DNA of 32,000 nucleotides from Vibrio vulnificus CMCP6 (GTDB lineage Bacteria; Pseudomonadota; Gammaproteobacteria; Enterobacterales; Vibrionaceae): NCBI RefSeq assembly GCF_000039765.1, contig NC_004460.2, positions 420,001 to 452,000 of the forward strand, read 5' to 3'. Shown piece by piece: positions 25,552 to 31,753 of this stretch (position 1 is its first letter; each line of letters starts with the position of its first letter). The notes under the pieces were generated by a model. It saw only the letters and a program-made list of their open reading frames with translations, ran no database searches and was not told where the DNA came from. The position numbers and the translations under genes were made by a program.

Positions 25552-27404
25552 TGGATTTCTTTCAGCATCAAGATGTCGCTCGGCAGCGCACTGGGCTGTT
25601 GGTTTTTCTGTTTATCTTTGCCGTGCTCACCATCACTGCTTTGGTGAGTACTCTGTCGATCGCGATCTATTTGGGGGTAACAGAAACCCCTTTCGATCCG
25701 CACACTGCGGTAAGCTACAGTCTCATTTGCTTTGCCGGTGTCGCTTTTGTCATCGCTATGAGCTCCTTAATTCGCCTCTCAGATCTCAAATCCAATGGGG
25801 GGCGTGGTGTCGCCGAGAGTATGGGCGGGAAACTCATTTCTACCGACACCACGAGTAGCAAACATCGTCAACTTTTGAACGTCGTTGAAGAGATGGCGAT
25901 TGCCGCAGGTGTTCCTGTGCCACCGGTTTATTTGATGGAACACGAACGGGGAATCAATGCCTTCGCTGCTGGAATGAACATTGATGACGCCGTAATTGGT
26001 ATCACTCAGGGTGCACTAGACAGCTTTAGCCGAGATGAACTGCAAGGGGTCATCGCTCATGAGTTTAGTCATATATTAAACGGTGACATGCGCCTGAATA
26101 CACGTCTAATCGGCATATTGTTTGGCATCACTTGTATCGCGCACTTTGGTCATCTGGTTCTCGACAACATGCCTCGCTCAAGCCGGGTATCACGTAGTTC
26201 ATCCGATTCAGACAAAGGCTTTACCATCATTTTTATGATTGCACTGGTCTGCTTGGTTTTAGGTTGGCTTGGCACTCTGTTTGGCTCAATGATCAAAGCG
26301 GCGATTTCAAGGCAACGTGAGTTTCTTGCAGATGCCAGTGCCGTGCAATTCACTCGTAATGATCAAGGGATCGCTGGTGCACTAAAAAAAATTGGCGGCT
26401 ATTCGTATGGCTCAACACTCGATGCTCGTTCCACGAGTGAATTTAGCCATATGATGTTTGGGCAAGCCCAACTTTCTGGACTGTCGGGATTTTTTGCAAC
26501 TCACCCACCTCTAGAAGAAAGAATTCGACGTATTGAACCTCAGTGGGACGGCAGTTTTAAAAGGGCATCATCGCAACAGGCCCCAGCCTTTGACAGCCAA
26601 ATGTCGAGTGGATTTTCGTCTCAACAACATTCGCAATACGTAGAAGAAGTGCCATCTTCTGATCAACTCAGCGAAATTGGTCAACAACTCATTGGTCAAT
26701 TGCCCCAACCGTTGATCGACATTGCTCGTGAACCCTACAGCGCACGTTTTATTGCCTTCGCTTTAATTCATGATGGAAGTGACCGTCAAAGAGAGATGAT
26801 AAAATGCCATGTACCGCCAGCCTCTCAGCCTCAACTGCTCCCTTGGTTGGATCATGACATTCCAGCTCATTTGCGCTTACCGCTTCTTGAGCTTTCAATT
26901 CCTGCCCTGAAAGCGCTCAGTGAAGGACAAAGAGCGCGATTCTGCCAAGTATTGCGTGACCTTGCCCTCGCGGATGATCACTACTCACTCGCAGAGTGGT
27001 GCGTCGTCAATTTGTTGGAGAAGCAGCTCCTAACCTCCTTTGGTAAAGCGCCTCAACGTAAATCAATTAAGCAACTCCAAGAGAGTGTGGTGTGGCTGCT
27101 TAGAGAATTAGCGTGGGTGTGCCACACCGATCCAGTGAGTGCGCAAAGCGCTTATAATCAATCACTTGCACTATTAGGGCTAGCATCGCACCCTCTTGAA
27201 CCCGCCCATCATAACTGGAAGTTAAGCCGTGCTGCGTTGGAGTTACTCTTGCAACTCAAGATTGCAGATAGAAAAACGTTTGTTAAGGCATGCCGGTTAG
27301 CCATTGAGTCCGACGGTCAAATTAGCGTCGCTGAAGGCGAGTTATATCGAGTGATTGCGTGCTTTCTTGAAGTTCCGGTCCCACCGTTAACCATGTCATC
27401 TTAG
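25551..27404 (+). CDS. M48-family (HtpX-like) integral-membrane zinc metalloprotease with a long C-terminal TerB-like extension, 617 aa
   Basis: It has two TM segments, HEFSHILNGD (HExxH), two more TM segments, and REFLADASAVQFT (third ligand Glu). A C-terminal region of about 280 aa has two ADD/ESDGxISxAExxL-type motifs. Its start overlaps the lemA stop (TAATG). Confidence 0.85.
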   Translation: MDFFQHQDVARQRTGLLVFLFIFAVLTITALVSTLSIAIYLGVTETPFDPHTAVSYSLICFAGVAFVIAMSSLIRLSDLKSNGGRGVAESMGGKLISTDTTSSKHRQLLNVVEEMAIAAGVPVPPVYLMEHERGINAFAAGMNIDDAVIGITQGALDSFSRDELQGVIAHEFSHILNGDMRLNTRLIGILFGITCIAHFGHLVLDNMPRSSRVSRSSSDSDKGFTIIFMIALVCLVLGWLGTLFGSMIKAAISRQREFLADASAVQFTRNDQGIAGALKKIGGYSYGSTLDARSTSEFSHMMFGQAQLSGLSGFFATHPPLEERIRRIEPQWDGSFKRASSQQAPAFDSQMSSGFSSQQHSQYVEEVPSSDQLSEIGQQLIGQLPQPLIDIAREPYSARFIAFALIHDGSDRQREMIKCHVPPASQPQLLPWLDHDIPAHLRLPLLELSIPALKALSEGQRARFCQVLRDLALADDHYSLAEWCVVNLLEKQLLTSFGKAPQRKSIKQLQESVVWLLRELAWVCHTDPVSAQSAYNQSLALLGLASHPLEPAHHNWKLSRAALELLLQLKIADRKTFVKACRLAIESDGQISVAEGELYRVIACFLEVPVPPLTMSS

Positions 27405-27414
27405 GCCCTTCATT

Positions 27415-27444
27415 AAAAGAGGATGCTCATGAGCATCCTCTTTT
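27415..27444 (+). terminator. Intrinsic terminator after the M48 protease gene
   Basis: AAAAGAGGATGC-TCATGA-GCATCCTCTTTT is a perfect palindrome with a T-run. Confidence 0.75.
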
Positions 27445-27747
27445 AATACTCGAGATAACACCTTCTCTTCCTAATGCATCCTGTATTCACGCTATCGCGT
27501 TGCTCATAGTTCAGACTCAAGATGCAGTTTGTCATCCAAGCCCCCCCAACGTTCAAACAACGATAAAACCTCTTCCACTATTTGGATATAACCTTTTGCT
27601 GTTGAAAGTGATGCATTTATTTGCAGCAATCACACAAATTATGTATTCAACTGCAAACTTGAAAATACTTATGTGACACACATCGCCTACAGAACTTATT
27701 GATAACCTTAGTATTTGCCCGAAATCACAATAAGGTATAACAGAAGA

Positions 27748-29112
27748 ATGAAACACTCTAAAACGACCCTCGCTTTCCTCATTAGCACTGCATTAATTGG
27801 AGGCTGTAGCAACGATACCGATTACATTGATGTGCATCCTAAAGAGGTAAAAATTGCCACTTTTAATCTCTCGTTTGATAGAAACACCTTTAAAGATCTC
27901 GTGGATGAAATGCAAGTAGCGCCAGAACAGCAACATCTGTTAGTCACATCCTACTTAGATGGCAGCATCGCAGAACAAGATAAAGTGAGAGCAGAAAAAG
28001 TCATCCAAATCCGAAATGTTGCTGCAATCATCCAAAAAAATCGACCTGATGTATTGCTAATGGCTGAATACAACAACGATGGCACTGGTGAAAATAAAGC
28101 AGCACTTGTGGGCTTTCAAAACAACTATCTTTCTGTGGCCCAAAGCAACGATGGCGCTGGTGGTAACGCAAATTTAGAGCCGATTGAATATCCCTATGCC
28201 GAATCGTACTCAACGAATACTGGCTTAGTCAGCCCCTTCGACCTAGACAATAATGGTACTGCTGGCCAACTTCCCGGCGACGCATGGGGCTTTGGCTTCT
28301 ATCATGGCCAATACGCCTTTGCCTTAATGTCGAAGTACAAAATTGATACAGAAAATACAAGAACATTCCAAACGTTTAAGTGGAAAGATATGGAAGGCGC
28401 TCAGATACCAACGATTACCATTTGCGACGGTTCTCAAAAAATTCCAGATGGCATGCAATGTGGTGATGCTTGGTACACGACAGAAGAGTGGCAAGAAGTC
28501 CGTCTGTCATCGAAAAACCACGTTGATGCTCCAATCATCATTCCAACCGAAAAAGGGGATGAAGTGGTTCACCTACTAATGTCTCACCCGACGCCACCTG
28601 TGTTTGACCCAGGCAAGAACAAGGCACAAAATGGTGCCGAAGTGCAGTTCTGGCATCACTATATCCAAGGCAAAGCATACTTCTACGACGATTCTGGGAA
28701 AACAGGCGGTCTCGCAACAGGCGCTAAATTCGTCATGATGGGAGATCAAAACCTTGATCCCTTAGCCGGCGATGGATTTAGCGACATTATGCAGGCATTA
28801 CATAATGATCCATTAGTGAACCAGAATGTCATGAACGGTAACCTATACCCAACTAGCTATGGCGCTGCAGAACATGCGGTTGATAGTAAATCCACCCACC
28901 CTATTCCAAACCGCATCACATCAACTTTTGGTCTTGGCGTTGACTATGTTCTACCATCTGCCAACTTGAATGTGGTCAATTCAGGAGTGTACTGGGCGGC
29001 ATCATACGAAGAGGGTCGCAAGCTGTTTAATGACCCGAGAATTGGCAAATTTGGCAATGGTAAAGACGTCTCTTCAGACCACCGAATGATTTGGATTCAA
29101 GCTCAGTTCTAA
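27748..29112 (+). CDS. Endonuclease/exonuclease/phosphatase (EEP) family lipoprotein, 454 aa
   Basis: MKHSKTTLAFLISTALIGG/C is a lipobox. KIATFNLSF, LLMAEYNN and the C-terminal SSDHRMIW are EEP-type catalytic motifs. The start was moved to 27748 to give the signal peptide. Confidence 0.8.
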   Translation: MKHSKTTLAFLISTALIGGCSNDTDYIDVHPKEVKIATFNLSFDRNTFKDLVDEMQVAPEQQHLLVTSYLDGSIAEQDKVRAEKVIQIRNVAAIIQKNRPDVLLMAEYNNDGTGENKAALVGFQNNYLSVAQSNDGAGGNANLEPIEYPYAESYSTNTGLVSPFDLDNNGTAGQLPGDAWGFGFYHGQYAFALMSKYKIDTENTRTFQTFKWKDMEGAQIPTITICDGSQKIPDGMQCGDAWYTTEEWQEVRLSSKNHVDAPIIIPTEKGDEVVHLLMSHPTPPVFDPGKNKAQNGAEVQFWHHYIQGKAYFYDDSGKTGGLATGAKFVMMGDQNLDPLAGDGFSDIMQALHNDPLVNQNVMNGNLYPTSYGAAEHAVDSKSTHPIPNRITSTFGLGVDYVLPSANLNVVNSGVYWAASYEEGRKLFNDPRIGKFGNGKDVSSDHRMIWIQAQF

Positions 29113-29165
29113 CCCTGTTTAAATCTCGATAGTGGCACACTGCACCATCAATGTGAGCCAGTAAT

Positions 29166-29195
29166 ATGCCAGCGAATACAGCTGGCATTTTTTTA
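29166..29195 (+). terminator. Intrinsic terminator after the EEP gene
   Basis: ATGCCAGC-GAATACA-GCTGGCAT is followed by TTTTTTT. Confidence 0.7.
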
Positions 29196-29459
29196 ATAGT
29201 ACTTTCACCACTTTCGGTCTTCATAACCATACCCATTTTCCCGATCAAGGCAATGTCGGAGGTATTACGGTCATTGAGAAAGCCTTCTTCCGTGAAGCGC
29301 ACCTGAAATCGCTCACTACCAACATCACCATATTGTGCGAGTTCTGCTAGATCAGCATCGCTATACTTGGGCTAACACCCCTTCTCCGCGACTTGCTCTC
29401 AGCAATTTTAGCTTCTTCCAGACTGTCAGGAAGAACTGCTTTTTTTGTAACAACTTACC

Positions 29460-29702
29460 TTACTTGGTTAACTCTCCAAGCACATATGTTTTCATCGATG
29501 AGAAATCAGAAAACGTATGTAAACCCTCCCTACTCCCTCTTTCAAAATAATAAACCAGCCAAACGCCTTCCTCCTCGATGACGCACGTCCTTTCATTTTT
29601 CTCTAGACCTAGAGAATAGTAATTTTTGGGAACACCTAACTTTACTAACTCCTGATCTAACGAATCCAAACTATTGTTTGTTGTATTCCCAATATTTACC
29701 AC
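29460..29702 (-). CDS. Small putative immunity protein downstream of toxin tail A, 80 aa
   Basis: It has a GTG start with AAAGAGG 6 nt upstream. It sits 66 nt after the Rhs-fragment stop, is AT-rich, and contains a GVWLVYYFERGSREGLHTFSDF motif that resembles small immunity proteins found next to polymorphic toxins. The family assignment is not certain. Confidence 0.45.
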   Translation of the reverse strand: MVNIGNTTNNSLDSLDQELVKLGVPKNYYSLGLEKNERTCVIEEEGVWLVYYFERGSREGLHTFSDFSSMKTYVLGELTK

Positions 29703-29768
29703 GGTAAACCTCTTTCAAAATTGGATTATCACCCGAAATTAGGGTCTGAGGACTTCGACGCATGCCTC

Positions 29769-30347
29769 CTATTGGATTGATTGAATGAGCGCAGAAGACT
29801 GCTCTAAATCACCAAATGCGAGTTGCGCTAAGTCAACAACCGCATCAACGGCTGTGTTATAAGCACCTGCCGCCAGCATTTCTGTCGCACCCAACGCATA
29901 ATCAATGCCGACTTGCTGAACAGCGTCTGGCGCTATGGCATGTAACTGATAAGTCGGGCTGGCTGTTTTCACCGCACTGGCGTAATTGCCTGAGCCCATC
30001 GCGTAAAACATTGGCTGTTGCGGCTGGGTATCGTTCACGCCGGCTTTTATTGCAGGGGAGTCCTCTTTGGCACATAAACCATGCGGGTCTACCCACATCA
30101 CCGGATTGGGGGCATATTGATAATGGTTTATACCGCCTAAAAGCCCAATCGGGTCTGGCTGAATAAAGCGTCCTGTTCTTGGATCGTAGTAACGGGCAAG
30201 GTTGTAGTGTAGCCCTGTTTCCGCATCGTGATATTGCCCTTGAAAACGGAGTGGGTTGCCAACGCTCTCCACCTCAATGTGTGCACGTCCGTATGTGTCG
30301 TAACGTGCTTGCCAAACAACGGAGCCATTGACAGTAACGCAGAGTAC
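29769..30347 (-). pseudogene. 5'-truncated Rhs-family fragment: the last ~90 residues of the Rhs core through the DPxGL motif, plus a linker and a short C-terminal tail (orphan toxin tip A)
   Basis: The frame is open from 30347, with an in-frame TGA at 30350-30348. It reads VTVNGSVVWQARYDTYGRAHIEVESVGNPLRFQGQYHDAETGLHYNLARYYDPRTGRFIQPDPIGLLGGINHYQYAPNPVMWVDPHGL (DPHGL at 30089-30075). There is no Rhs body or credible translation start upstream. The track ORF 29769-30272 is the same frame from an internal Met. Confidence 0.75.
29926..30016 (-). repeat. Copy A of a perfect 91-bp direct repeat (encodes PMFYAMGSGNYASAVKTASPTYQLHAIAPD)
   Basis: Hand alignment shows it is identical base-for-base to 31633-31723. 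The flanks diverge completely on both sides. The + strand track ORFs 29816-30166 and 31604-31858 share LALWHVTDKSGWLFSPHWRNCLSPSRKTLA for the same reason. Confidence 0.9.
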
Positions 30348-30487
30348 TCATCTCAAAAACTAACTATTTGGGGACTTTTGAGGTTGGATGACAAACGTTA
30401 AAGCTAAGCCCGCCAACCGACTTAGCAGACTTTGCGGCATTCATGTTGTTTGAGAGTAGAAGTTATTAGATATTAACAAATAAGTCA

Positions 30488-30829
30488 TTATTCGTTGTTC
30501 AAGCTTTCGATTTCATCAGCAAGGGCTTGATCCCACTCGAAGTCAATATTGAAACTTCCTGAGGGGTCGAGGCTAAATGTAGCTCTGTTCCAATTGTTAT
30601 CAGTTCCACTTGTTACTGCATGAAGCTCTTCAAATGCTTCAAATATTTCAAAAGGAACATCGAAATATTTTGGCTGTTCAGGTGATAAGGTTGGAATGTA
30701 TTCACTTTGAAATTCGATAGAACCCTCTGTAAGTTCTGCTCGAATTATTGAGATTGACCAATCATCATCTATAGAATTGACAATTGATTGAGCTATGGTT
30801 AAGTACAAATTTTCTACGCTATTTTCCAT
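30488..30829 (-). CDS. Immunity protein, DUF600 / YezG / EssI-like, 113 aa
   Basis: It overlaps the toxin stop by 11 nt, with AAGGAA 8 nt upstream of its ATG. It is acidic. The pattern LYLTIAQSIVNSIDDDW...IRAEL...F..EY......F.VP.EIFEAFEEL.......NWNRATFSLDPSGSFNIDFEWD parallels, from memory, B. subtilis YezG (IYEQIAQILVDMIPEEW..VYLYGEV....W..LTLIL..TGKFKIEYDYED). Confidence 0.65.
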   Translation of the reverse strand: MENSVENLYLTIAQSIVNSIDDDWSISIIRAELTEGSIEFQSEYIPTLSPEQPKYFDVPFEIFEAFEELHAVTSGTDNNWNRATFSLDPSGSFNIDFEWDQALADEIESLNNE

Positions 30830-31718
30830 TGGGCATATTCCTTAAAAAACGCTTCACTTTTTTACCATCAATTTCATATATTATTTCAAATGCAGTGGGC
30901 CTTTTGCTTTCGCCTTTAAAAATCGAGTTTATCTCAACTTTAACTTCTTTAGGTGGGTTTCCACTAAGTGCTTCCGCCCATTTATTTTCCATCCGTTTCC
31001 AAGCACCTTTGTTTAAGTTGCCATTCATCGCTGCATAGTTTATTTGCTCACCAGGACCTTTAAAGATTGATGCGATAAGGTGACCGCCTTCATCATCAAC
31101 TAGGCCATCCTTAATACCATCTGTTTTCCCAGCTTTGCTTTGCTGATAAGTGTTTCTATCTACTTTGTTGAGTTCGAGTTTACCAGAAACGGATTTCACT
31201 CTGCCAAGTTCATCCGTTTTATATGAGTAAGAGCCCACTTTATACGTTGCGTTTGCTTCAAGTTTGCCATTGAGAGCCTTGTTCCATCCACCTTTGCTTC
31301 CTTGATCTAATTCAATTGTATGCGAAGTTGCCCCCGGCAACTCACTCCCTTTCGGTGCGTCCAGTTGTTTGGCAACTGATGTTAGGCTATCACCTCCCTT
31401 TGCTACTGTCTCCGTAGCTACATTTAGTGCTTTATTGCCATATTTTGCTGCTGTCACTCCCTGCCCAACGATTGGCAAGCCAGACAATAAAGACAAGCCA
31501 CTATTCAAAAAGTCGCCGCGCAGCGCATACAGCCCCGCATTAATTAAATCCGCTACAATGCCAATTCCAGGAGCCATACCGGCACCATCAAGCGCCAAGT
31601 GTATTGCCTCAAGTGCAGCACCTTTGTATTCATCTGGCGCTATGGCATGTAACTGATAAGTCGGGCTGGCTGTTTTCACCGCACTGGCGTAATTGCCTGA
31701 GCCCATCGCGTAAAACAT
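30819..31718 (-). CDS. Orphan polymorphic-toxin tip B: a pre-toxin TG (PT-TG) domain plus an Endonuclease_NS_2 (EssD/YeeF-type) DNase domain, 299 aa from an ATG inside the 91-bp repeat
   Basis: LDGAGMAPGIGIVADLINAGLYALRGDFLNSGLSLLSGLPIVG matches the PT-TG pattern. DDEGGHLIASIFKGPGEQINYAAMNGNLNKGAWKRMENKWAEAL..KEVKVEINSIFKGESKRPTAFEIIYEIDGKK matches the GHLIA...N.G.W..ME..W......V.V......G.S.RP pattern of EssD/YeeF nucleases. There is an in-frame TAA 6 nt upstream of the ATG and no SD, so it is probably not expressed on its own. Confidence 0.7.
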   Translation of the reverse strand: MFYAMGSGNYASAVKTASPTYQLHAIAPDEYKGAALEAIHLALDGAGMAPGIGIVADLINAGLYALRGDFLNSGLSLLSGLPIVGQGVTAAKYGNKALNVATETVAKGGDSLTSVAKQLDAPKGSELPGATSHTIELDQGSKGGWNKALNGKLEANATYKVGSYSYKTDELGRVKSVSGKLELNKVDRNTYQQSKAGKTDGIKDGLVDDEGGHLIASIFKGPGEQINYAAMNGNLNKGAWKRMENKWAEALSGNPPKEVKVEINSIFKGESKRPTAFEIIYEIDGKKVKRFLRNMPNGK

Positions 31719-31723
31719 TGGCT
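31633..31723 (-). repeat. Copy B of the perfect 91-bp direct repeat
   Basis: Identical to 29926-30016, offset by 1707 bp. It forms the 5' end of the toxin tip B frame. Confidence 0.9.
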
Positions 31724-31753
31724 TTTACATCGCAGCTGACACAGAGATCACCT

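Noticed and set aside
29027-29302. 91-aa - strand track ORF as an intact gene
   Set aside because: Its distal third overlaps the 3' end of the EEP gene, and it runs through the EEP terminator hairpin. Only its proximal part looks coding, and that part is treated as a frameshifted remnant in the findings.
29335-29581. + strand track ORFs 29335-29550 and 29393-29581
   Set aside because: They lie antisense to the immunity-like ORF and the remnant. They have no RBS and look like by-products of AT-rich DNA.
29671-29763. 30-codon - strand ORF (MRRSPQTLISGDNPILKEVYRGKYWEYNKQ) between tail A and the immunity-like ORF, preceded by AGGAGG
   Set aside because: The SD-like AGGAGG is only 1 nt from the ATG, which is too close. 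The ORF also overlaps the SD and start of the better-supported 80-aa ORF.
30137-30328. 63-aa - strand track ORF (MAPLFGKHVTT...) within the Rhs fragment
   Set aside because: It is out of frame relative to the frame that carries unmistakable Rhs core motifs (YDTYGR, PLRFQGQYHD, DPHGL).
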